Of a DNA stretch of 64,000 bases, positions 20,896 through 30,284 are shown one piece after another (position 1 is the first letter of the stretch; each line of letters starts with the position of its first letter). The position numbers and the translations under genes are program-made. Below the pieces are notes generated by a model that was given only the letters and a program-made list of their open reading frames with translations, did no database searches and was not told the DNA's origin. Source of the DNA: an uncultured delta proteobacterium (GTDB lineage: Bacteria > Desulfobacterota > Binatia > UBA9968); contig CAVYTU010000015.1 of the NCBI GenBank assembly GCA_963771465.1, positions 224,001 through 288,000 of the forward strand, read 5' to 3'.

Positions 20896-21087
20896 TTTGC
20901 ACCTCCCGAAAAAATCGCATCATCCGTTCGGCGCGCGCAACCGGCATGCTCGACGCAAGGCATATGCGCACATGTCAAGCAAAGATCGCTACCTGCCGAG
21001 CCAGTTAGCGAAGATCAGCGCCGGCTTCTCCTTTGCCCCTTCAACTTTGTAGTGATGAACATAGTCGCCGATTTACAAGAATGGCAT
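20888..21087 (-). pseudogene. pcaD: Remnant of 3-oxoadipate enol-lactonase (internal deletion plus nonsense codon)
   Basis: MPFL*IGDYVHHYKVEGAKEKPALIFANWLG / SDL joined within 200 nt to AHMPCVE...AERMMRFFREVQIV*, i.e. both ends of a PcaD-type hydrolase, overlapping the pcaC start. Confidence 0.72.
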
Positions 21088-21143
21088 CGCATTGAAACTA
21101 TCCGAGCCGTTGCTACAAAGTCAAATTAACCGGCTCAAAGCCT

Positions 21144-21173
21144 TTGACTTCCGCCGATCAACAACCATAGAAT
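21144..21173 (+). promoter_or_regulatory. Candidate sigma-70 promoter for the DsbA-family gene
   Basis: TTGACT-N18-TAGAAT. Confidence 0.4.
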
Positions 21174-21185
21174 CCGAGTGAACTG

Positions 21186-21221
21186 TTGAACGGATTGATC
21201 GTATTGAACGATTTGAACTGG
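21186..21221 (+). repeat. Four degenerate 9-bp tandem repeats (TTGAACnnn)
   Basis: TTGAACGGA TTGATCGTA TTGAACGAT TTGAACTGG, ending at the RBS. Confidence 0.7.
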
Positions 21222-21229
21222 AGGAATTT

Positions 21230-21847
21230 ATGTCCGAACCCTTAATCTTGGAAGTCTTTTCCGACTTCGTCTGACCCTGGTGCTACCTCGTCACCGGGCG
21301 TGTCGAGAAACTCAAAAACGATTACGGTCTAGGAATAAAGTTTACCAACTTCCCGCTTCATCCGGAGACACCGGAAGAAGGCAGCGTGCGCGGCCCCGAG
21401 ATCATCGCGCGCAACGGCAGAATGAAAGTCAACATGGAGCGCGAAGGTTTGCCGTTCAACGCCGAACGCAACATGTCGTATAACAGCCGCCTCGCCCAAG
21501 AACTCGCCAAGTGGGCTGAGACCAAAGGCAAAGCCGAAGAAGTTACCAACGCGTTGTTCCGCGCCTACTTCGTCGACGTGAAAAACATCGGCAAGGCCGA
21601 CGTGCTCGCCAAGATCGCCGAAGAAAACGACTTGCCGGCGGACGAAGCGACGGACGTGTTGCTCAGCCGCAAATACAAAGACGCCGTCGACGAGGACTGG
21701 CGCCGCTGCGCGTCGTTCGGCGTCAACGCCGTGCCGACATTCCTCGCAGGGAAATATTTAATGGTCGGCGCGCAGCCGTACGAAGAGTTAAAGCGGCTGA
21801 TCGAGCATGTACTGAAAGAACCCGAGGCGCTAAGCCAAGGAAGCTAG
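21230..21847 (+). CDS. DsbA/FrnE-family oxidoreductase, predicted selenoprotein (UxxC; TGA at 21272-21274)
   Basis: RBS GGAGG, ATG 21230: MSEPLILEVFSDFV-TGA-PWCYL...FPLHPETP, in frame with ORF 21386..21847 (GVNAVPTF, VGAQPYE). The TGA sits at the first Cys of CPWC. Confidence 0.9.
21287..21307 (+). promoter_or_regulatory. Candidate bacterial SECIS hairpin
   Basis: CTCG-T-CAC-CGGGC-GTG-T-CGAG stem-loop starting about 13 nt after the UGA, with a G-rich apical loop. Confidence 0.55.
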
Positions 21848-21876
21848 ACAGCGACGTACGTTTTTGGAGGCGAGAC

Positions 21877-22953
21877 ATGGCATTAGGGCTTTCCCACGGC
21901 GGAACCACGATCTACTCATCGCCGTCCCGCTCTGAGGAAGTATGGGTCGGTACCAAAGAAGGCATCGTCGTCATCGAACGCGCAACCGGCGGCACGGAAT
22001 GGCGCGTATCGCGTCGCCTGCTTGAAGACAAGCATATCAGCGCAATCGTGACCGAGCCTAAAAGCGGGCTCACATTTGTCGGCGCGTTTCACGGCTCGCT
22101 GCAAGTTACTGGAGATAACGGCGAGACTTGGGAGCGCCGAGATAACGGCTTAACCGAGCACGATGTCTACAGTCTGAGTGCCATTCCGCACGACGGCGCC
22201 ACGCGATTGTACTTAGGCACGGAACCGGCGCACATATTTTGTAGCGATGATCTCGGCCTCAATTGGCGCGAATTGCCGCACATGCGCTCGGTGCCAAGTG
22301 TTCCGAAGTGGAAGTTTCCGGTGCCGCCGCACATCGCCCACACCAAAAACATCACCTTTCATCCCAGCGATCCAAAGACCGTGTACGCCTGCATCGAAGT
22401 TGGCGCTTTGCTGCGCAGCCGCGACGGCGGCGAAACCTGGGCGCAGATCGAAGGAGTTTACGAGGACGTGCATCGCTTGGCGATCCATCCACAAGACCCG
22501 AATCGTTTGTACGTCGTCACCGGCCATGGACTGTTTGTCAGTTCGGACGGCGGCGCTAGCTTTGAAGAATGGGTTTCGCGACCTTCGCCAATCGCGGGTT
22601 ACCCGGACGGCATCGTCATTCATCCGAGAAAACCGGAGTTGATGTTCCTGGGTGCCGCCGATGCCGGTCCCGGTACCTGGATGAAAACTCACTATGCCGG
22701 CGCGAAAATCTCGCGCAGTACAGACGGCGGGCGGAGCTGGGAGATGTTGCAGAACGGATTGCCTGAACGGATGCAGGCGAGCATCGAAGCGCTTTGCTTG
22801 GAAGACTGGGGCGAGTCCGTTTCGCTTTTCGCCGCGACTACCGCCGGCGATGTTTATTGCAGTGATGACGCCGGTGAGAGCTGGAGCCGCATCATCAGCG
22901 GCTTGGCGCCGATCTCCAAGGGCGGGCACTACCAAGCGCTCGCCGTAGCGTGA
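21877..22953 (+). CDS. BNR/Asp-box repeat beta-propeller protein (WD40/YVTN/BNR-like)
   Basis: Repeated Asp-boxes: TGDNGETW, SDDLGLNW, SRDGGETW, SSDGGASF, STDGGRSW, SDDAGESW. Confidence 0.88.
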   Translation: MALGLSHGGTTIYSSPSRSEEVWVGTKEGIVVIERATGGTEWRVSRRLLEDKHISAIVTEPKSGLTFVGAFHGSLQVTGDNGETWERRDNGLTEHDVYSLSAIPHDGATRLYLGTEPAHIFCSDDLGLNWRELPHMRSVPSVPKWKFPVPPHIAHTKNITFHPSDPKTVYACIEVGALLRSRDGGETWAQIEGVYEDVHRLAIHPQDPNRLYVVTGHGLFVSSDGGASFEEWVSRPSPIAGYPDGIVIHPRKPELMFLGAADAGPGTWMKTHYAGAKISRSTDGGRSWEMLQNGLPERMQASIEALCLEDWGESVSLFAATTAGDVYCSDDAGESWSRIISGLAPISKGGHYQALAVA

Positions 22954-23124
22954 AGTCACAGAAGGTTTTTACACCCCTCACGTCGCAATCGAGATTTTCT
23001 CCCTGCGTTGGGAACACCCACAACCTTGTCTGCACCGCTGCCGCCGCCTGCTTGACACTCGCCTGCGAATGGCGGAAAAATCACGGTAATCGATTGAAAT
23101 TCATTCTACGCAAACCAAGAGGAG

Positions 23125-24264
23125 ATGACCGTGGACTACAAAGCGATTTCCGCCGACGATCACATTGACTTGGGATATTTGCCGAGAGACTTGTGGACCG
23201 AGCGTTTGCCGAGTGGGTTGCGCGAGCGCGCGCCGCACGTCGAAGACCGCGGCGAGAAGGGCGAATACTGGGTCTGCGACGGCGAGACTTGGGCAGACTA
23301 TCGCGGCGAGCGCTGGTTTGCGCGGCAGAATCGCACCCGGCTCGCTCTCGATCGCGGCGGTGTCGGCGAAGCGCACCGTCCAACCACGACAGCGAAACGA
23401 TTGGTCGACATGGACCGCGACGGCGTCGAGGCTTCGCTTATGTTTCCGCCGATCATCGCCATGCAGGTGGGCGCGCCGGAACTCAGAAACGCTTGCGTCC
23501 AAGCCTACAACGACTGGGCGTTGGACTTTGGCAAGACTGCGCCGAAGCGCTTTTTCCCGGTCGCCATGCTCTCTTCGGTCGACGCGGCAGCCGCCAGAGA
23601 TGAAGTCATCCGCGTCGCCAAATTGGGTTTCAAGGAAGCCAACTTCTTGGTCAACGATGTCACCCTCGAAATGAACTTGAAGCCTTGGGACATTTTCTGG
23701 GACGCCGCCGAGGACGCCGGCATCGTCGTATCGTACCACGTCGGCGGCAGCACCCAGTCGGGAACCGTGCGCGCGACCATCGACGCGATCAAGCCCGGCG
23801 AGCGCCAAGGCGTCTTCGACATGGGACTGAGCAACGGCGCCACGTCTTTTTTCAATCCGTTCGTGAACATGTTCAACTTCGGCACGCTGGAGCGCCATCC
23901 CAAATTGAAATTCTGCCTCGCCGAATCGGCCATCGGCTGGATCCCGTTCGTCGTGCAGGAGATGGACTATCGCTACAAGCGGCAATTCGAGCGCCGTAAA
24001 GCCACGGAAATCCCACTGAAGTCTATGCCGAGTGAAATCTTCAAACGGCAAGTTTGGGCGACCTATCAAACCGACTTGGTCGGATTGCATCTGGTTGAAT
24101 TTTTCGGCGACGGTCACATCATGTGGGGCTCGGATTATCCGCACCCCGACAGCACCTGGCCGTTCTCCAAAGAAGTCATCGAGAAAGACTCGGCGCACCT
24201 CGCTCCCGAGATAAAGAAAAAAGTGCTGCGCGACAACGCCGCCGCGTTGTACGGGCTGTCATAA
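23125..24264 (+). CDS. Amidohydrolase_2 family protein
   Basis: ISADDH, RLVDMDRDGV, AYNDW, ESAIGWIP and MWGSDYPHPD motifs. Confidence 0.92.
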   Translation: MTVDYKAISADDHIDLGYLPRDLWTERLPSGLRERAPHVEDRGEKGEYWVCDGETWADYRGERWFARQNRTRLALDRGGVGEAHRPTTTAKRLVDMDRDGVEASLMFPPIIAMQVGAPELRNACVQAYNDWALDFGKTAPKRFFPVAMLSSVDAAAARDEVIRVAKLGFKEANFLVNDVTLEMNLKPWDIFWDAAEDAGIVVSYHVGGSTQSGTVRATIDAIKPGERQGVFDMGLSNGATSFFNPFVNMFNFGTLERHPKLKFCLAESAIGWIPFVVQEMDYRYKRQFERRKATEIPLKSMPSEIFKRQVWATYQTDLVGLHLVEFFGDGHIMWGSDYPHPDSTWPFSKEVIEKDSAHLAPEIKKKVLRDNAAALYGLS

Positions 24265-24277
24265 CGGCTTCGAGATT

Positions 24278-24366
24278 GCACCGCGGAGGCGCTGAGGGAC
24301 GCAGAGCAAAGAGTTCTTGATCAAAAAAATTCTCCGAACTCCGCGATCTCGGTGTCTCTGCGATGC
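24278..24366. repeat. REP-like palindromic element
   Basis: GCACCGCGGAGGCGCTGAG...CTCGGTGTCTCTGCGATGC inverted arms (G-U tolerant). Confidence 0.65.
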
Positions 24367-24389
24367 GCATTTCTTCAGAACAATCCGCC

Positions 24390-25577
24390 ATGTCCTTCGC
24401 GCAGGAAATTGTCTGCGCGCGCTGCCAAAAAAGCTTCGCGCTGTCCGAACTCTTAAACCTCTGTCCTTGCGGGTCACCTCTCCTGGTTCGCTACGATCTG
24501 CCAGCAGCAAAAACGGCATTTCCAAAAACTTCTCTCGCCGGCCGAGTACCATCGCTTTGGCGCTATCGCGAGCTTTTGCCGTTACAAGATGATACGCACC
24601 TGAGCACACTCGGCGAAGGCTTCACGCCGCTCCTGCGCGCCGCCAATCTCGGCCGCGAGTTTAACCTGCAAAAACTCTGGATCAAAGACGAAGGGCAAAA
24701 TCCCACCGCTTCGTTTAAGGACCGCGGCTTAGCTGTCGCCATCTCGCGCGCCAAAGAACTCGGCGTTAAGAAGGCCGCTATCCCGTCGGCTGGGAATGCC
24801 GGCGGTTCATTCGCCGCCTATGCGGCCCGTGCCGGCATAGAGGCCCATGTATTCATGCCGCACGACACCCCGAGCGCCAATCAGGTGGAAGTCCAAAAAT
24901 ACGGAGCTAAGCTCACCTTGGTCGACGGCCTGATCAATGATTGCGGCAGGATCATCGCCGAGCGGAAAAGCGTCGAAGGCTGGTTCGATCTCTCGACGCT
25001 GAAAGAGCCGTATCGAGTCGAAGGCAAAAAAACCATGGGATACGAGATCGCCGAGCAGCTCGATTGGCACCTTCCCGACGTGATCATCTACCCCACCGGC
25101 GGCGGCACCGGCCTCATCGGCATGTGGAAAGCATTCGATGAACTCGAGGCATTGGGTTGGATCAATGACAAGCGCCCGCGTATGGTGTCGGTTCAAGCCA
25201 GCGGTTGCGCGCCGATCGTCAAAGCCTTCGACGAAAACAAACCGACGGCAGAACCGTGGCAGAACGCGAAAACGATCGCCTCCGGCTTGCGCGTGCCGCA
25301 AGCGGTCGCAGATTTTTTGATGTTAAGAGCGATCCGCGACAGCCACGGCACCGCATTGAGCGTCAGCGACGACGAAATGCTGGCGGAAATTCCCCACGCC
25401 GGCAAAACCGAAGGCATCTTCTTCTGTCCCGAAGGCGCAGCCTGCATCGCCGCCCTGCGCCGTTTGATCGTGCGTCAATGGATCAAACCGTCTGACGAGG
25501 TCGTGATTTTCAACACCGCGTCGGGGTTAAAGTATTTGGATGTGCTCGGATCGAAGACGGATCACGACGCGCCGTAG
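24390..25577 (+). CDS. thrC: Threonine synthase family PLP enzyme
   Basis: N-terminal CxxC...CxC, LGEGFTPL, NPTASFKDRG (PLP Lys), SAGNAG, EGKKTMG and PTGGGTGL motifs. Confidence 0.88.
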   Translation: MSFAQEIVCARCQKSFALSELLNLCPCGSPLLVRYDLPAAKTAFPKTSLAGRVPSLWRYRELLPLQDDTHLSTLGEGFTPLLRAANLGREFNLQKLWIKDEGQNPTASFKDRGLAVAISRAKELGVKKAAIPSAGNAGGSFAAYAARAGIEAHVFMPHDTPSANQVEVQKYGAKLTLVDGLINDCGRIIAERKSVEGWFDLSTLKEPYRVEGKKTMGYEIAEQLDWHLPDVIIYPTGGGTGLIGMWKAFDELEALGWINDKRPRMVSVQASGCAPIVKAFDENKPTAEPWQNAKTIASGLRVPQAVADFLMLRAIRDSHGTALSVSDDEMLAEIPHAGKTEGIFFCPEGAACIAALRRLIVRQWIKPSDEVVIFNTASGLKYLDVLGSKTDHDAP

Positions 25578-26575
25578 ATGTTTCGCAAAATTTGCTGATA
25601 TTCGTTGAATCTTTCGAACGCTTCCGGCCGGACTGGATATAAATCCATGCCGGTAAGCAGTCCCGCAGGAGTTGTTGCAACGCCTTGCCGCGCCGGCACT
25701 TCGGCCACTGGGCTCAAAAGTGTCTGCCCCTCCTCGGACAGGACGAAATCGATATACAACTTCGCCGCGTTGGGATGTGCCGCGCGGGCGGTCATTCCGA
25801 TCAGAGCGGGGATCGCGTAGTGCGGCTCTTTGGTGCGCACCCATGCCACCGGCGCGCGCTTATGTTGCGCTTCCAAGATCGAATGCACCGTTGCCGCATG
25901 CAAGATCGGAAACTCGCCGGCGCTCAATAGTTCGACCGACAAAGTCGAGCTGCCGGCTTTGTAAAACGTATCCTGGGCGGCGAGCCGTTGTATGTACGCA
26001 GTCGCTTTCTCTTTGCCGACACGCGCGGCATGGGTCATGAACCACTTAAGCGTGTTGCCCTCGTCGACGCCGATCTTCTTGCCTTTCCATTTTGGCGCCA
26101 ACAGATCATCGAATCCCTTCGGCACCTCCTGCACTGCAATCATTCGGGTATTGTATGCCAGGCTGTAGAGCGGCACGAACCAGCTCGTCCAGTAGCCTTC
26201 CGTGTCTTTCAGATTGGCAGGTATGGCGTCGCGCTCAGGCGAGATATAGCGGCCGAACAGTCCGGCTTTTACCAGCGGATAAACATACAGCGCGCTGGTC
26301 GCGATCACGTCTGCGATGTACCGTCCGGCGCGATATTCCGTAGAAACGCGCTGCATCACTCTTGTGCCGTTGACGTTTACGAACTGAAGATCGATGAACG
26401 GATACTTTTCTTTAAACCGACCTAAAAACTTTCGCCCTTCGGTGCGCACCTGCAGTTGGCCGGTAAATGAGCCATAGATCGAAAGCGAGCCTTCCTTCTT
26501 CGCGCCGTCCAACAGCTGCGAAAGACGGGAATTATCCTGAGCCGGAACTAAACTCGGCGTGATCATGATCAGCAC
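25562..26575 (-). CDS. ABC-type extracellular solute-binding protein (family 1, Fe3+/thiamine-like fold)
   Basis: GAKKEGSLSIY, FKEKYPFI, AYNTRMI, DLLAPKWKG and AAHPNAAKLYIDFVLSEEGQ. Start approximate. Confidence 0.88.
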   Translation of the reverse strand: MLIMITPSLVPAQDNSRLSQLLDGAKKEGSLSIYGSFTGQLQVRTEGRKFLGRFKEKYPFIDLQFVNVNGTRVMQRVSTEYRAGRYIADVIATSALYVYPLVKAGLFGRYISPERDAIPANLKDTEGYWTSWFVPLYSLAYNTRMIAVQEVPKGFDDLLAPKWKGKKIGVDEGNTLKWFMTHAARVGKEKATAYIQRLAAQDTFYKAGSSTLSVELLSAGEFPILHAATVHSILEAQHKRAPVAWVRTKEPHYAIPALIGMTARAAHPNAAKLYIDFVLSEEGQTLLSPVAEVPARQGVATTPAGLLTGMDLYPVRPEAFERFNEYQQILRNIYGAS

Positions 26576-26705
26576 CGCGAGATAGAGATAAGAAGCAAAC
26601 TCGATGCTTGTGCTTCGCAGACTGTAAATTTTCCGCTGTCATTGGCCTACCCGCGACTTTTCTTTGTTTACTATAATCTTATTCTCACTGCGAGCACCGC
26701 ACGGG

Positions 26706-26735
26706 TTGACACTTTTCGCCGTCCATTCTTATATA
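26706..26735 (+). promoter_or_regulatory. Candidate sigma-70 promoter
   Basis: TTGACA-N17/18-TTATAT/TATATA, about 30 nt upstream of the amidohydrolase start. Confidence 0.45.
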
Positions 26736-26767
26736 TTTGTTAACGCAAAGCTGAGGAGAAATCTTCG

Positions 26768-27858
26768 ATGATAATCGATGCTGATGGCCATATCATGTTA
26801 CCGCCGGATATCTGGGACAAATATTTCGAGCGCGGCGCGCTTTACGATCGCCGTCCGCGACGCGTACCGGATAACTTCGGTCGCACCCGGCTGATGGTGG
26901 ACGGCGAATTTATCCCGCGCCGTTTCGGCCGTTGGCGCGGCAGCGGCGCCGGCGATCAACCCGAGCGGCGCCGGCCCGGCGGGCGCGATCCGGTCGAGCG
27001 CTTGAAGGACATGGACGCCGAGGGAATCGACGTCGCGGTGAATTTTCCCAGCGGCATTCTCGCCTTGCCGCAAGTGATCGATGCCGCGATGGCCGTGGCG
27101 ATGACGCGCGCTTATCACGATTGGCTGCACGAATACTGCGCTCGCCGCCCGAGCGCCTGAAAGGCGTGGCCGTCGTCGCATTACAGGATGTACCGACTGC
27201 GGTTAAGGAACTCGAACGCTGCGTCAAAGAGTACGGCTTCGTCGGCGCCTTCGTCGCGCCCAATTTTCAGGGCAAGAATTTGGACGAAGCGATGTTTCAA
27301 CCGATCTGGGATGCCTGCCAGCGCCTAGACATCCCCGCTCTGGTGCATTCCGGTCCGGGCGCCAACGCCGCCGGCACCGAGCGTTTTGACAATTTTTTCT
27401 ACGTCCACTCGGTGCAGTTTCCTTTTGAAAACATGATCGCGCTCATGACCATGATCGGCGGCGGCGTGTTCGATGAGTTTCCCGCGTTGCGCGTGGCTTA
27501 CTTGGAATCCGGCTGCGGTTGGGTGCCCTACTGGATGGAGCGGCTCGACGACCAGGCCAAGCTGGAAAAATTCGACACGCCGCTGTTGCCGCGCCGGATC
27601 AAACAGCGTCCGAGCGATTACATCAAGACGCGCTGTTTTTTTTCCTGCGAGCCCGGTGAAGAGAGCACGCCCTGGGTCGCGGAACAGATCGGCGCTGACC
27701 GCTTGGTATTCGCCTCGGATTACTCTCATTTCGACGCGAAATTTCCCAACACGGTAAAGCTGGTGCGTGAAACGAAAGGGTTGGCGAGCGCAACGGCGGA
27801 TAAAATCCTCAGCGACAACTCGCTGGCGCTGTTTGGCCGGCGACTAATGAACGGCTGA
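26768..27858 (+). CDS. Amidohydrolase_2 family protein (frameshift near 27145)
   Basis: MIIDADGH...RLKDMDAEGIDVAV...AYHDW in 26768..27160; PERLKGVA...LESGCGWVPYW...FASDYSHFD in the next frame. Confidence 0.9.
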
Positions 27859-27873
27859 AGGAAGAAAGCCTCG

Positions 27874-28896
27874 ATGAATTTTCACAGACTTTATTTCGCC
27901 ACGAGTCTGCTCCTATTCAGCCTGAGCACAACGGCGTCGACCATCGCCGCGGTGGATGCCCGTAGCGCGCTCATCGACGGCGCGAAGAAAGAAACCAAGC
28001 TGATGATCTATTCGAGCGTCAGCGCCACCGACACGGCGACTCTGGGACAAAGATTTCAGCAGAAATATCCGTTCATCAAGCCGGAGTTTCTCCGCCTGGG
28101 CAGTGAACGGTTGCTCACGCGCATCTTGCAAGAGGCGCGGAGCGGCAAACAGTTCGCCGACGTCTATCAAACCGGCGTCGTCGAGGTTTACTTGTTCAAG
28201 CAAAAAGGCATGCTCACCCATTACGCCTCGCCCGAACGCGCCGCCTACGCGGACTATTTTAAGGACACGGACGGCTACTACACAGCTTTTTTTCACACGT
28301 CGAAAGTAATCGCTTACAACACGAGATTGGTTCCGGCGGGAAAAGCGCCCAAGTCCTATGACGACCTGCTCGATTCACAGTGGCGCGGCAAGCTCGGACT
28401 GCCGAGCGGCGGTGGCGGCATCCGTTGGTTCTTGGCGATGATGAAAGAGTTCGGCGATGACAAGGGCGAAGCCTACATGAAGAAACTTGCCGCGCAAAAA
28501 CTGATCGTCGGGCAGGATATCTCAGCAGTAACCGCGCTGATGGCGGCTGGCGAGTATCCGATCGCGGTCTTTTCCAACGCGCATCAGATCGAGCAGATGA
28601 AAAGCCAAGGTGCGCCGGTCGAATGGGTCGCCACCAGGCCGGTGCTCACGACGCAGACCGTGCTCGCTCTGCCGAATCGCGCGCCGAGCCCCAACAGCGC
28701 CAAGTTGTATATCGACTTCGTGCTCTCCAAAGAAGGACAAGAACTCTTACGCAGCTTCAATCGAATACCGGCGCGCGCCGATGTCGAAGCTAGCCCGCCG
28801 AGACTGACGCGCGGTCTTAAGTTTTCTCCCTACAAAGGCGAATGGGGCGAAGAGTACGACAAGTACGCAGAGCGATTTCGCAAGACCTTCGAGTGA
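27874..28896 (+). CDS. Extracellular solute-binding protein (family 1)
   Basis: Signal peptide; GAKKE, FQQKYPFI, AYNTRLV and APSPNSAKLYIDFVLSKEGQ motifs. Confidence 0.9.
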   Translation: MNFHRLYFATSLLLFSLSTTASTIAAVDARSALIDGAKKETKLMIYSSVSATDTATLGQRFQQKYPFIKPEFLRLGSERLLTRILQEARSGKQFADVYQTGVVEVYLFKQKGMLTHYASPERAAYADYFKDTDGYYTAFFHTSKVIAYNTRLVPAGKAPKSYDDLLDSQWRGKLGLPSGGGGIRWFLAMMKEFGDDKGEAYMKKLAAQKLIVGQDISAVTALMAAGEYPIAVFSNAHQIEQMKSQGAPVEWVATRPVLTTQTVLALPNRAPSPNSAKLYIDFVLSKEGQELLRSFNRIPARADVEASPPRLTRGLKFSPYKGEWGEEYDKYAERFRKTFE

Positions 28897-28953
28897 GGGA
28901 AATCCTAACGCAATTATTCTGTTCACCAAGTAGGCAGGAAAAGCATGAGGATT

Positions 28954-29028
28954 TGCTCGCGCTAAGACGCAAAGACGCCTAGTCAGGAATCGTTTGATTT
29001 CCTTTGCGTACTTCTGCACTCGCGAGCA
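28954..29028. repeat. REP-like palindrome between convergent genes
   Basis: TGCTCGCG...ACGCAAAG pairs with CTTTGCGT...CGCGAGCA. Confidence 0.6.
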
Positions 29029-29039
29029 CGAACACCAGC

Positions 29040-30137
29040 CTAAGCGACCGCATAGCACTTGAGCACGTCCGGATTCAACTCACAGCCGAGTCCCGCTCCC
29101 TTCGGCAATTCAAGATAGCCGTCTTTGAGCATGAGTTTTTCCGTGTAGAGCACTTCATGGTTAGGATTGTATTCCACCGTCAACCCATTCGGCGCGGCGG
29201 CGATTAGGTGAACCTGCACTTCCGGCTCGACGTGACTCGCCACCGGGCGATGCGCTGCATCCAACAGCGCGGCGATGCGCAGCCACGCGCCGATGCCGCC
29301 GACTTTTTGCACGTCGGCCATATAGCAATCGGCGGCGTTTCTTTCCAAGCAGGCGCGATACTCGCCAAGCTTCTCCAAAGTTTCGCCAAACGTCACCCGC
29401 ATATCGAGGGCGCGGCTCACTTCGGCGAGTCCGTCGAAATCGTCGGCAGCCACCGGATCTTCGAACCAGTAGAGATCGAAGGGCTCAAGCATGCGTCCGA
29501 GACGGATCGCATCGGGCGGAGTTAAAGACCAATTCATATCGACCATCAGCGCCGGCTTGGGACCGATGGCGTCGCGCACGGCGCGCACACGCTCGACATC
29601 CTCCGCAAACGGCCGCGCGCCTAAGCGCAGCTTCATGCCGCCGAAACCGCGCTCGACAATATCGGCGGCGTCGGCGACCAACTGATCGGTGGTTTGCTGG
29701 CGTCGTAAACCGCCGCTGTAGTAACACGCCACGCGCTCGCGCCGCGCGCCCAACAGTCGATGCAACGGCTGATTGAGCGCCTTGCCGGTGATATCCCAGA
29801 GTGCGATGTCGATAGCGGCCAACGCCTGCAGTGCCGCGCCGCTATGGCCGAGGTCGGTGAAAAAAGTGTAGGCACGCTGATAAACCCGCTCATGATCGAG
29901 CGCGCTCTGACCCATGAGCAGCGGAAACAATTCGTGAACCATCATTTCCAGCGCGCGCGCCTTGCCGATCGTGCTGGTGTGCGCCAAACCGAAGCCGGCC
30001 AAACCGTCGTCGGTCTTGAGCTGTAAGATCACAAAGTTCGACGTTGCGCGCCGGCCCAGATACGGATGTCCCTCGACGGGCCGTTTCAAGGGAATGGAAA
30101 GAAGCGTGGTTGTGGCGTTGTCAATTTTCGCGAGCAT
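29040..30137 (-). CDS. Mandelate racemase/muconate lactonizing enzyme (enolase superfamily)
   Basis: AAIDIALWDITGK, MKLRLG, LMVDMN, WFEDP, FGE, DVQKVGG and LPKGAGLG motifs. Confidence 0.93.
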   Translation of the reverse strand: MLAKIDNATTTLLSIPLKRPVEGHPYLGRRATSNFVILQLKTDDGLAGFGLAHTSTIGKARALEMMVHELFPLLMGQSALDHERVYQRAYTFFTDLGHSGAALQALAAIDIALWDITGKALNQPLHRLLGARRERVACYYSGGLRRQQTTDQLVADAADIVERGFGGMKLRLGARPFAEDVERVRAVRDAIGPKPALMVDMNWSLTPPDAIRLGRMLEPFDLYWFEDPVAADDFDGLAEVSRALDMRVTFGETLEKLGEYRACLERNAADCYMADVQKVGGIGAWLRIAALLDAAHRPVASHVEPEVQVHLIAAAPNGLTVEYNPNHEVLYTEKLMLKDGYLELPKGAGLGCELNPDVLKCYAVA

Positions 30138-30284
30138 GGATTTGGCATACTAACAGTTATGGCCGGGGTCAAGGTTTGGCCGACTATGCGGCCCATACTG
30201 CTTGACACTGATAGACGGTAGAGTGATACAACTTCCATGTTTTCACAGGCAAAAAATTTCAAACGCAAAGCGCGAGGGTTTACT

